DNA of 64,000 nucleotides from Candidatus Peribacteria bacterium (GTDB lineage Bacteria; Patescibacteriota; Gracilibacteria; UBA1369; LOWO2-01-FULL-3), in assembly GCA_943357285.1 (NCBI GenBank), contig CALRGJ010000007.1:56-64055 (forward strand), read 5' to 3'. Below are positions 21,791 to 32,900 of this stretch, piece after piece. The notes under the pieces are model-generated. The model searched no databases. It was not told the origin of the DNA and worked only from the letters and a program-made list of their open reading frames with translations. Position 1 is the stretch's first letter; the number at the start of each line of letters is the position of its first letter. Position numbers and translations under genes: made by a program.

Positions 21791-22525
21791 ATGTCATTAG
21801 AGCAATTTATTAGTCCGGATCAGGGAGAGGGAATGTCCGAAGCGGCGTTTGAAGCCCTGAGAGAAAGAATGGCAGCTGCGGCTGCTCAGATTGCTGCTAT
21901 TAAAAAAGAGGAAGGTAAACAAAAGAAACAGGAAGATGAGTTACTCAAAATTCTTTTGAAATTCGTGAAGACCAGCAGTAAGACAGATTTAGTTCTGCTT
22001 ATTAGTCGTGTTTTAGAGCAAAACATTCCCGCAAATTTTATCTTATCAATAATTGTACTGAGCAATCCTGAAATTCATGCCGAAGTGGGGCATTTCAAAG
22101 TGCTTGATCACGCTGGATCTGCAGCTGGTACCGATGATGCCACTCCACAGAAAAACGCTCTCGTGTTTTTCAATTCCAACGACGACACTCTTCCTCTAAA
22201 AGTAAAAATTGCTCTCGATAATTGGATGAAAAATTTGCTTCTCCAAGCTGAAGAAAATCCCCAGAAATTAATTAAGACCGCTTACGAAATTGAAATGAGA
22301 GAGTTGCCAAAAGAATGGGATTTTGAAGATCCAAAGTACGAGCGAATAGAGCGTGTGCAGCCAATTCTGGTTCAAATTATTACTTCTGTTATGCGCGAAT
22401 TTCTCGAACAGAATAATATTACCGAGCCATTTGAAAAACTTTACGACTTTGCAAAGTTTATTATCACTGGAATTTTGAACAAGACACGCGAAAACTTAGA
22501 CGACAGAAAATTGCTTAATTCTTAA
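21791..22525 (+). CDS. Hypothetical protein
   Basis: 244 aa ORF with ATG start. Confidence 0.8.
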   Translation: MSLEQFISPDQGEGMSEAAFEALRERMAAAAAQIAAIKKEEGKQKKQEDELLKILLKFVKTSSKTDLVLLISRVLEQNIPANFILSIIVLSNPEIHAEVGHFKVLDHAGSAAGTDDATPQKNALVFFNSNDDTLPLKVKIALDNWMKNLLLQAEENPQKLIKTAYEIEMRELPKEWDFEDPKYERIERVQPILVQIITSVMREFLEQNNITEPFEKLYDFAKFIITGILNKTRENLDDRKLLNS

Positions 22526-22741
22526 TTATTCTGTTAGTCCTTTTCTTTTCAACTCTTCAATCAGATCTTCTGCTGGCATATCAATGAGTTTCGATTCACA
22601 GATGTAATTTGCCACGCGTTTAAACTGAGGTGAATCCATATCGTCTATTCCTACCTGGTATATCATACTGACGAGTTTAGAAGTATCTTCAGAACTAAGC
22701 CCGTACTTCACGCTGAGGTCTATGAGGTGTTTATTTTCCAT
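22526..22741 (-). CDS. Small hypothetical protein
   Basis: 71 aa, fills the gap between flanking genes. Confidence 0.65.
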   Translation of the reverse strand: MENKHLIDLSVKYGLSSEDTSKLVSMIYQVGIDDMDSPQFKRVANYICESKLIDMPAEDLIEELKRKGLTE

Positions 22742-22779
22742 GGCAAAAATTTATCACAAATGTATTATTGGTGCAATTT

Positions 22780-23517
22780 ATGGAAATTTTTTTATTAAGC
22801 ATTTTCGGATTTGGATTGGGTCTTGTTAACGCGATCTCTGGTGGGGGAGGCATCTTCGCGCTACCTGTGTTTCTTGCTCTAGGTTTATCTCCGGCTAACG
22901 CTCTCGCACTTAATCTTATTTCAGATGTTGGTGTGCTTTTGGGGGTTATGAATAATTATTTTAGAAGTAAGGAAATTGATTGGAAGTTTGCTGCCAAAAT
23001 TTTAGTTTTTTCTTTTGTTGGTTCAATTGTTGGAGCGAAGTTGATTACTTCTTTGCCACCGGAAATAGTGAAGAACATTATTTTTGTTGGAATTTTTATT
23101 GGAATGTTTTTCATGCTAAAGCCGGTAAAGCATAGAGATGAACATGAAAAGCTATCTCCCTGGAAAATGACCCTAGGATATTTTTGCCTCTTCCTCGGGG
23201 GAATGTGGGATGGCTCCATTGCTATCGCTGGTACCACTTTTGCACTACTTATAATCGCTCACATGTTCGGAAAGAGCTTTATACAGGGAAGGATAGCTTA
23301 CGCCGCCGCTAGCACTCCTGGCACCTTTGTAGCTGCTGCGATTCTTTATTCAGAATCTACTATTAGCTGGGAATGGCCTTTGATTATTTTAATTTCAAAT
23401 TTTATTGGTGCTTGGGTCGGTTCCCACATGGCCATTAAACACGGAGATAAAATCATCAAGAGATTCATGGTGGCAATCTCGATTTTGATTGTATTGAAAC
23501 TAATCTTCTTTCCATAG
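22780..23517 (+). CDS. TauE/SafE (TSUP) family transporter
   Basis: NAISGGGG.FALP.FLALGL.P..A.A.N, G.WDG, IGAWVGS. Confidence 0.88.
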   Translation: MEIFLLSIFGFGLGLVNAISGGGGIFALPVFLALGLSPANALALNLISDVGVLLGVMNNYFRSKEIDWKFAAKILVFSFVGSIVGAKLITSLPPEIVKNIIFVGIFIGMFFMLKPVKHRDEHEKLSPWKMTLGYFCLFLGGMWDGSIAIAGTTFALLIIAHMFGKSFIQGRIAYAAASTPGTFVAAAILYSESTISWEWPLIILISNFIGAWVGSHMAIKHGDKIIKRFMVAISILIVLKLIFFP

Positions 23518-23530
23518 AAAGAAGATTTTC

Positions 23531-23608
23531 TGGGGTGAGCTATGGGATTCGAACCCACGACCCTCTGGACCACAACCAGATGCTCTAACCAACTGAGCTA
23601 AGCCCACC
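23531..23608 (-). tRNA. tRNA-His(GTG)
   Basis: G-1 plus GTGGGCT acceptor, TCTGG-TTGTGGT-CCAGA anticodon arm, C73, encoded CCA. Confidence 0.97.
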
Positions 23609-23671
23609 ACGTTTGACGATCACTAAAATCGCTTCAGCATCTTAACAGGTATACTAAAAAATTCAAGAAAT

Positions 23672-23700
23672 AAAAAAGCCCTCCCCACTTGGAGGAGAGC
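23672..23700 (-). terminator. Intrinsic terminator of the upstream ncRNA
   Basis: GCTCTCC...GGAGGGC-TTTTTT on the minus strand. Confidence 0.75.
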
Positions 23701-23707
23701 CCTTGTA

Positions 23708-23947
23708 TAGACTTAGGAATACGAACGCCCTAGAAAAGCCTTTGTAACCTAATCCTTCAAGATTATTCGAAACGGCAAGCCGCTATCGATATACTCATTG
23801 CCCTGCATTATTAGCCCGTGGCCCAGCTTTTTTGATCAGCATCACTTAATATACTTAATCCCGACTATTCGTGCAAGTTATTTTGATTAACCACTTTAGT
23901 TTCCTGTTGCGAAGTTCCTGAATAGTTACAGAAGGAAGCTAAGCCCT
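23708..23947 (-). ncRNA. Unassigned ~240-nt structured RNA (6S-like long hairpin candidate)
   Basis: Consensus promoter upstream, terminator downstream, no ORF, nested end-to-end pairings. Confidence 0.6.
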
Positions 23948-23948
23948 A

Positions 23949-23976
23949 ATTATAACACAATGATGGATAATGTCAA
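23949..23976 (-). promoter_or_regulatory. Consensus sigma70 promoter
   Basis: TTGACA-16 nt-TATAAT with TGn extension. Confidence 0.8.
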
Positions 23977-24230
23977 ATGGAAGGGGATTTATCTCCTTTA
24001 GCTTTAGCTAATCCGTCCACCATCATCTTGTATTTGAGCTCAGCCCGCTCTTGTTTTTTATTCAGCTTTTCCATTTTTTCGTGCTCTGTACTTAGAGTTT
24101 TGTATAAAGTATCAAGCTCCACTTCGCTCATCCCAGGTAAAAGAATCTGAATCATACTCTTTTGATGATCAGTGAGAGAGGAAGATGGAATAAATCTCAA
24201 TATAGCTTGTTGTAAGTCCTCCTTATTCAT
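23973..24230 (-). CDS. Small hypothetical helical protein
   Basis: 85 aa, 9 nt downstream of the previous minus-strand gene. Confidence 0.65.
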   Translation of the reverse strand: MNKEDLQQAILRFIPSSSLTDHQKSMIQILLPGMSEVELDTLYKTLSTEHEKMEKLNKKQERAELKYKMMVDGLAKAKGDKSPSI

Positions 24231-24239
24231 GAGATAAAT

Positions 24240-25229
24240 TTACGCAGCCTTCTTTCCTGTGAGGATTTCAATCAAAAATTTCATATCTCTGTCGTCGATG
24301 TTGAATACCAGGTCGGTAAAAGTTTGATTATCTACATGATCAGGTTTTTCGACTATCAACTTATTTGCAATTTTCATTACATTCTTAATTTTTGATTCTT
24401 CAGTATTTGGGAATATAGATTTTTTAATAATCGCAGCAATCTCCGCCTCATTTTCTATTGGTTGAGACTTGAGACCTTTTAACTTCAGCGCATCTCCCAT
24501 AGAAAGCTTGAAGCTATCGAGAAGTTTCATTCCATCACCTTTTTCGGATATACCAAGGGCATCTCCCACTGCTTGAATACCTTCACCGGCCATATCAATT
24601 TTAACTTTAAATATTTTTAGAACCGGTGTGCTCAAAAGTTTTTTCAAAGGATAGGCTGATGAGTCGGAAATTTTATCCAATTTATCGAGAGCTTCTTTGA
24701 ATTTCACAGGATCATTATATTTTGCTTTTAGTTTTGATATTGTGAGTAGAGTAGTAGAGCCCAGAGCTTTTACTTCATCAAGAGTGGAGTCTTCTACAGA
24801 TTCACCCTTAACAGCTTTTTCCAATTTTCCTCTGCCGGAAATAAATGCATCTCTCATTTCGATAGGCAACTCATTTCCTGCTGTCACTCCCATAGCTAGA
24901 GCTTCATCAAAAAATTCTTTATCTGCCGCCGGAGTTTTTTCATCCAATTTTGCAGCGGCTCTGGCGTCGGCCATTTTTGCATCTATGCTTTTAGCAGCAT
25001 CAGCCTTAGCAGCCTCAGAAGTTTCCTTTTTTTCTCCTTCTATACTATGGATTTCATTCCAAAATGTTTTCGCAAAAATACTGATTTTTTCAAACCATCC
25101 CTTGTCACCAGATTTTTTTACTTCATCCAACGCCTTAGAAAAAGCACCAGGTATTTTTTCAATTTTCAATTTACCTTCTTCCTTTGGTTTTTCTTGCGAC
25201 GCTGTTTGTTTTTGCTCTTCTCCAGCCAT
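24240..25229 (-). CDS. Hypothetical K/E-rich helical protein
   Basis: Likely start MAGEEQK at 25229; ends in KKAA. Confidence 0.75.
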   Translation of the reverse strand: MAGEEQKQTASQEKPKEEGKLKIEKIPGAFSKALDEVKKSGDKGWFEKISIFAKTFWNEIHSIEGEKKETSEAAKADAAKSIDAKMADARAAAKLDEKTPAADKEFFDEALAMGVTAGNELPIEMRDAFISGRGKLEKAVKGESVEDSTLDEVKALGSTTLLTISKLKAKYNDPVKFKEALDKLDKISDSSAYPLKKLLSTPVLKIFKVKIDMAGEGIQAVGDALGISEKGDGMKLLDSFKLSMGDALKLKGLKSQPIENEAEIAAIIKKSIFPNTEESKIKNVMKIANKLIVEKPDHVDNQTFTDLVFNIDDRDMKFLIEILTGKKAA

Positions 25230-25366
25230 ATTTTTGTTTTTTATATCTATAATTATACCATTTTTCAGTCTTTTTTGCAAAAGCTAGCTTTCCTTAAAAT
25301 GTCAGCCAGTAGTATTGACAAAACTGTAAAATGAGGGCAAGATGAAGAACTCATAATAAACACAAT

Positions 25367-26926
25367 ATGAATATCAGGAATTTAGGGCTTGCATTAGCGA
25401 CAGTTGGTGCTTTGGGTAGCTCTCCAGATGGATCCAAATTAGATGGGCAAAGAGGCAATAATATTGATAATGATATTCCAACAGCTACAGCCCCGGAAAT
25501 CACAAAATCTAAGGATATTATTGGTGATAAAATTAAGACTGCAGCTGCTGAAGAAACAAATCAGACTGAATCAGATGATTCTCTTCAAACTACAGAGGCC
25601 CTCATTGCTAAAATTCAACTGGATTGTCCAGATCACGCTAGCATGTTGGCCCAAAATGAACCTGAGTTATATGCCTTACTTCAGGCCGAACATCCCCAGA
25701 TCTTACAGGCCAGTATTTTAACACCTATTCTTGAAACTGCTGGTGCTTTCTTGAAGCTACTTTATGGAGTACTTGGATCTGAAGGTACTATTGTCGTGGC
25801 AATCTTGATGTACATATTTGGAATTGGACCAGTTTTGAAGAAGGGTTTGCAGTTTGGTAAATGGAGCCTTGATAAGGCAGGAAATAAAAAGAAACCCGAA
25901 GAATTAGGAGAAATAATTCCAAAGAAGGAGTTGCCAGCTATGAATTCAGTACTTGGAGAATTGGTTGCTGATCCAGCAGTAGCATTAGCCGCACTTTCGC
26001 CGATCAATAAAGGAAATCTAGATAATCACTATACTTATATAGTTTCCCAGTTTGATAATCTAAGATTTGAGGATAAAGCTGAAGGTTTAGAAATTTTCAA
26101 ATTGGCAATAAAGGAACGCTATTTGGATTTAAGACTAACTGAATTACAAGATGTGCTTAGTGGTCCAGGAGTAGCCGCTTTAGCCCCTGCCGACGTTGCT
26201 TCAATAGAAGCAGAATTAGCCGACCTTATCACTAAGGAAGGGCACATAGCCCAAGAAGTGGCAGCCAATGAACTTAAAATTTCTTCTGTGCGTAATGGCA
26301 AAGAAGAATCTTTAACAAGAGGCCTTCAATCAAGAGTAAGAGACGCAATGAGAAACGCAGGTAGAACAACAACATCAATAAATGAATCCAACAGGGGAGT
26401 TGAATCTATCATTATGATCCCTCGTTTGCATAAGATGGAGAGCAATATTAGAGAAATTCGTATTTTGGAAGCCAAGCTCAAAATTTGGAAGGCACGCTAC
26501 GAAGCAGATTTACGTCTCGCTGGTCCTGGGACTGCACCAATCATGATAGTAGCATCAGCAGTAGAACAGCAACAATATAAGCAAGCTACGACTTTCATTT
26601 CAATTTATGAAAATTTACAATTAGCTTTGCGCGATAAATTAGATGAAAGAGCTTTACACGAAAAAGCTATTCAACAAATTGATAGAGTGCTACCTACAAG
26701 CCCAGGACGTCGTACATTTATGAAGCTTGCACTTACTGGTGGAGCTATATATGGAGCAACATGGGTAGCCAGAGGATTAGGAGCGGCCAAGGATGCTATT
26801 TTACCTCCTAAGGAAAATACTCCCAATAAAAATGGCCCATCGGAATCTGATATACTTGAATTAAAAGACAAAGAGGATTCATTCAATAAGTCTCAAAAAG
26901 CAATTGAGGATCTTGATGATAACTAG
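25367..26926 (+). CDS. Hypothetical membrane-associated protein, paralog of the C-terminal part of the 2098-aa protein
   Basis: 519 aa, hydrophobic segments, shared motifs (see findings). Confidence 0.8.
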   Translation: MNIRNLGLALATVGALGSSPDGSKLDGQRGNNIDNDIPTATAPEITKSKDIIGDKIKTAAAEETNQTESDDSLQTTEALIAKIQLDCPDHASMLAQNEPELYALLQAEHPQILQASILTPILETAGAFLKLLYGVLGSEGTIVVAILMYIFGIGPVLKKGLQFGKWSLDKAGNKKKPEELGEIIPKKELPAMNSVLGELVADPAVALAALSPINKGNLDNHYTYIVSQFDNLRFEDKAEGLEIFKLAIKERYLDLRLTELQDVLSGPGVAALAPADVASIEAELADLITKEGHIAQEVAANELKISSVRNGKEESLTRGLQSRVRDAMRNAGRTTTSINESNRGVESIIMIPRLHKMESNIREIRILEAKLKIWKARYEADLRLAGPGTAPIMIVASAVEQQQYKQATTFISIYENLQLALRDKLDERALHEKAIQQIDRVLPTSPGRRTFMKLALTGGAIYGATWVARGLGAAKDAILPPKENTPNKNGPSESDILELKDKEDSFNKSQKAIEDLDDN

Positions 26927-26928
26927 TA

Positions 26929-29900
26929 TTACAACTTATTAAGTAAGTCCCTTTTGCTATTACCGGTAGGTTTAACAACCTTAGGTTTAGAATTATTTTC
27001 TTTTGTAGCCTCTTCGTTCTCAGCCTTAGGAGGTGTCTCTCCATCAATATAGTCTGAATCCTTCATTTCTTTCTCCACCTCAGGAGTAGGAGCTGGCTCA
27101 TCATCCATAATACTTTCAATTGCCCTCATGGATTCATCTTCAGAGTCTTTATCATCCTTTTCTTTTTGTTTTTCAGACTCAGAAGGTGGCTTAGGAGGTT
27201 TTGGTACTTCTGGATTAATAATTTTCCATCCAAAATACATACTTGCAGCCAAAGTAGCAGCAATTGCACCTAGCACCAATTTCCTAGCTGTAGGATTTGA
27301 AGGTAATGCCTTAGAAAGTGACAATTTTATTTTATTTTTTACTCCTTTCACGTCCCCAGCTTCTCTGTCATGACTTTGTTTTAATCCCTCAAATAATTTA
27401 ACTGTAGTTTCTGCATCTTCAAAAGCCTTCACTTCAATCAGTGGCGAATCAGGTGCCAAAGGAGTTTCAGTAAGTTTTTTTGCTTTATTATAAGCTGGTT
27501 CTAATGCCTTAAGCCTTTGACTCATTACTCTTACACTTTCTATGTCGGCCATTATCTCAGGGTATCTATGTAACAAATTAACTATGTCTCCTATTGCAGC
27601 TTTTACAGGCTTAATTTCTTTTGCATTGAAACCTTTTGCTCTCATTTCTACATCAATATAGCTCTGTGCCAAATTAGACATATCAACTCTACCAGCCTCG
27701 CTCACATAGGCAATTGATTCAGGAATTGCAGCAATTTCCGGCTTCAGGTCGTTTCTTATTTGTGATAACGCACTCAATTCATGCTCGTATTTAGTTTTAA
27801 GTTTTGGATCTAAAGTTTGTATCTCCAATACGTCTGTTAATTCTTTAATTCTCAAGTTGGCGTATTCCCATTTTACTAAATTAGAAAGAATATTTTGCGC
27901 CTCTGTTTCAGTATTAAATCTGAGACGAGTACTGAAAAGATCTCTCAATTTTTCATGAAGCTGTGACAAACTTTTTTGGTTCTCAGCATTCTTGCTTTTC
28001 AAGGCATTACGAGTTGCTAAATCAATTGACGTATCAGCACAAACATCCTCTAAACCTGGGTACCCATCAGCTAGTATATTTCCTTTGCCAAGCAACCCAG
28101 GAAGCTTATCTTTATCAACCTGTACACCAGGCTTATGATCTAATTCTTTTGGTTTCTCACCCTTTCCAGTCTTTCCAGACTCGCTATTAGGATCTTTTGG
28201 TAAACCTAATTTTTCAGTTAAACCATATTTATCAGAAAGTTCCCATGCTTTTTTTGAACGCCAAATCATCAAAAGAGGAAGAAGCCAACTTATTCCCATA
28301 TTGTGAGGGTAGGGAATTACGTTTCCAGCAATAGAATCCAATATATCTCCGGCCCAGCCTGGTATTGGAGTATGACCTAGTGCAGCTGCATACCAAAGAG
28401 CTAAAACAATTCCAGGAGCATTACTGCTTGGTCTTTTCATTACATTAAATAATCCCGAAATCATTCCTAAAATAGCTATAATAGGAAATCCAGCTTGCAT
28501 CACTTTTCCAGGTACTACCTGAGCCATTATAGCATCATGATCACTTGCTTTCACGAGACCAATTTCACTAAATTCACTAAACATTTTTTCAGCTTCTACT
28601 CTCGCTGCCGACATAAACCCTTCCTGATCAACTACAACGTAAGGTGTTTTATTGTTAGTATCTGCATTAGCAAAAATTCTTACATATGGTTTTACCGCAT
28701 CAGGTAAACTGTCGAAACTATTTTTGATATTATTCACAACATCTTTTGGCGCATTAGCTTTTTCAAGATCTCTGATAATTGCTGATTGGTCAGCATTAGC
28801 ATCCTTTGTGAAAATATTTTTAGCTTTTTCGGCACTCCATTCTTTTGCTTGAGCTCCCTCAGTTACCACAAAGCGAGAACCATCTTTAAGTTCTGGCATA
28901 GTATTGAATTCTTTAGCACTAATAGTACTCACAATACCTGGTCTTTCAACTGGCTTATCCAAAAATTTAGGTTCACCATTTAGCGCTGAAGCTAAAGCTA
29001 AAGCCTGTAGTGGGCCCATAAGAGCATCTTGCCATCGACTTACTCTCATTCTTTGCAAAACAGTTGGATTATTAGTTGTATCTATTTTTGGTTTGAAACT
29101 ATCAGGCACATCTTTAATTCCCATAGTGCCAACAGTATCCATGAAATATCTTGTCTGAAGTCTTGTCATTTTTGGAGCACATGCTTCCAAAAACTCTACA
29201 CGTTCAATGTCCGTCAACTTAGAAGCCACTACCAAAACCTGATTGGCAGATAAAAGTAATCGCTTGGAAGACCTGATTAACCCAACACCCTCTTTGAAAT
29301 TCATTTCTTTAGACATTCCCAAAAGTACATCTCTCAGACCATCTGAGCCTAAGAAATTACCTTGTTTATCAACATAGTGATTATAGAAATGTTGTCTCAA
29401 CCATCTAGGCATTAAGCGCGCAATTTTTGATGGAACGAGGAAATCCCCCAACTTACGTGGAGCGCTTAGTTCTAGCTCAATTCTCGCAATTTCAGCACGT
29501 ATTTCAGTCAATTTAGCTTCAACCTTAGCTCTCATAGCAGGGGAATCTTTCAATCCCTCGATATGTTTCACTAGCTCTACTTCATTAGTTTTTAGTGCAG
29601 GAAGAGTCTCCTCAATAGTATCTGCATTTATCTTCTTGTGCACCCATTTACCACCTATTTTAACTACAGTGAATGCACCTCTAAAGGCAGCAGCCATAGT
29701 AATCATTTCCATCCAAGTATTAGCACTTGTTAAATCCATTTCTGTCTCCAAATCCTTTGGAACAATCATGTTTTTTGCAATGCTACCCAATATCATTGAA
29801 AGTACATCAAACTTCAAATCTTGCAATAAAAATTCGCACACTTTCTTCAATGGTGAATTAGGTTGACCAGGAAGTTTCTGAATTATTTTTGCATAACGCT

Positions 29901-32900
29901 CACGCATCTGACTCACATCACCAATTCCTTGTTTTACTAACACAGAGACTTCATCAGGCAATTTTTGATAGGTTTTTCTTCCCATCAATTTTACACCTCT
30001 ATTCATAATAATTTCTAATGCCTTTACTGCCTCTTCTGGGCTCTTAGCCGCTGCCGCTGCAATAGTTTTTTCCACCGCTTCGGCCATTTCAGGATTAGTT
30101 ACAGCAAGCTTCATTAAGCCCCTGCCAACTGTCCCTTGTTTCATAAAACCATTAACCCAACTCACGCCATGAGCAATTCCGAAGAAAGCCATTTCTCCAC
30201 CTAGCAATTGAGCGAATTTTTTGTATTCACCCTTTTCCAATAAATTGTTTAAAGTTTTTTCTCCTCTCAAACCGGCAACAACATCATGAAAAACAAAGGC
30301 TTCAGCACCAAGCTTAGTAAAGGATATTCCTCTTTCTAAACCCCTGGCAATTACAGCAAATCTATCTAAATTTAAAATCAATTTTCCGTATCTAAGGATT
30401 CTTGCAACAGCAGCACCTGCTAGCATACCGGTGAGCATAGCTAATCCATTTATTGCCAACTCCTTAGCAATTGTTTTAAATGCTGAAAGTGATTCATCGC
30501 TCCAATTCCAAGAGTCATTGTTTGGATCAATGGAATCCATAAAATCTGCTTTAATAAATTGATCAGCTTTATCAGCATGACCAAAAAACTCAAAATAATT
30601 GGACGAAAGAGCTGTATGATCTAAAAACGTTTTATACAGAATTTCAGTTTGCTGCTCAATCATCGCATCGTAAAATTGAGAATAAGTTGACCCAACAAGT
30701 TTGTCCAAATCCACATCTTTAATATCAGGACTGTTTTGCTTAATGGAATTTCTAATTCCATAAATTAACTTATCCGCATTGTTGCCACTGCCTAGATAAT
30801 TTCTTACATCACGAGAGGCTCTTTGATGTGCTTTCTCATGCCCAGATCTTGTAAGTGACTCGTTTCTGTTTCTCAAATTATCTCTGGATTTAGCCATGTG
30901 AGGCTGCAACAACTTTGCCATCAAAATTCTAGAAGAGATGTAATCCTTAAAATATTCTCTCTCAAGTTTCACGACAATAACTCCGGCATATTTTATTGTC
31001 TCCATGCTTAGATTGTCTCCTCCTTGTAGAACTTGCATCAACGAATCATAACATCCCTTGAATTTATTTCCGTCTCTTGCGATTTGTGATGAAAACAATC
31101 TTAAGTCTTGTACGCTTCCATTTTTATCTACGTAACGCTCAAATTCAGAATATCCAACATTTTTAATCACAGGGAAATCTTTTTTTGACCAGCTTGGAGT
31201 AAGTAGATTTTTTAATCCAACCAAGAAGTTTTTAAATGCAGTTTTAGAATTGAGATTCTCATCTAATTTAAATGGAGTCACACCATCGTAGCTATCATGT
31301 TTATAGTAATTCAACATATCAGATTGAACGGCATTCAAATCATTAATTATTGGATCAGCATAAGATTTATCTTCATCATCAAGATTCTCAGTATGCAATA
31401 TAGTTGTAGCCAAACTTCTAATAACTTCAATTCTATTTAATTGTCTATTCATCGCCTCTGGTATTTCGAAAGATTCATTAGCTTCATCCTTAGATTCAGC
31501 AACATCTATCATCGGAGAATACTGATACTCATTTGCCTCTTCTCTATAAAAAGTATCATCATCCTTTAACCTAAAAGGAGACGAAGAGTTAGTAGAAACC
31601 GGTGGAATTCCAAGAGCTACAGCTCTATCTAAATAGAGTTTTCTCGCCCTCTCCAAGGTGATTTTATATTTTCCAACTGCCTCTTTTGGTAAATATGAAC
31701 AAAATCTCAAGACATTGTATGTATGTTTCAATTCACTGAAATCTGTTGCCCAATCTTTTTCTTTCAAAGCAGCAGACTCATCTATTTTTTTCTCAGACGT
31801 AGCAAGAACTAGAGTATTTTGAAGTGCAACGGCAAAAGCCTCATAGTAATTAATGGATTTTTTTATACTATCTTTAATTGTCGGATTTAAAGATGTAATT
31901 TGATCAAATCCGTACAGAGACTTTAACTCCTTTCTCAAAACATCCATCTTAGCGTTTAGTTGATCATCCAATCCACTCTGATCGTTACCATTTAGGCTTT
32001 CTATGATACCTACCTTTAGATTTTGAATATCAGATTCTGCCGTAAATAGGTTTCCGGCAGTGCTAACCAACTCTTTTGAGGGATTAGTTCCAAGTTTAAA
32101 ATCAGGAAGATGAGAATTGGTATCAGCAGACATTTCTTTTGCAATCTTATCCGCTTCACCAGTTACATTTGAGCCATCAATGATGTCTTCCGAAGCTTCA
32201 TCCCCAAGTTTTGATCTTTCAATTATTTGAGAAACATCGCTTGGCCTTAATTCAGGAAAATTATCATAAACATCATTATGAGCATCATGAACAATTTTTG
32301 CTGCGGGTAGAGCAACATCCTGATTTATATTTGTTGTAAGAGATTTATAAAAAGACCATGCTAGGGCCATATAGATACCTTGTGGGGCGTAATACAGTGG
32401 ATCATCTTTATCAACTGAGCCAGATGTATTTAAATTACCTGCCATAAGAATTTCTTTAACAAGGCTACTATTTTCAGGATTAGTTCCAAGTTTTTTTAGA
32501 ACATCTTCAAACTCAGACCTGGATTTTAATGAAGCTCCTTGAGACTGTAGTTCAGCTAAAATAGTTCCTAATCGGTTTTTAGAACCCTCAGGTAAATTTG
32601 AAACAAGATTATTGCTTGTCTCTATTTCATAATGATCTTTATTATAATTTAACCATCTCTGGAATTCCTTATCATTAATTTCACTACCACTAATTAATGA
32701 ATATTTCTGAGAACTCACTGCTCTTAAAAAATACTGCGCATATTCCTCGGATTTATTTACATCCTGAAAAGCATAAAAATCTGCAACGATAGTTATATCA
32801 TTTGCAAACGCCCTAACGGCTGATTCATCCCATTTGATCGAACCATCAGCCAAAACACGTGTTGCAAAATCAACAGGATCAGCCAAAAGATTTAATCGTT

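Noticed and set aside
23925-23942. SRP RNA (GAAGGAAGC on the plus strand)
   Set aside because: Wrong strand relative to the promoter and terminator, and no helix-8 pairing
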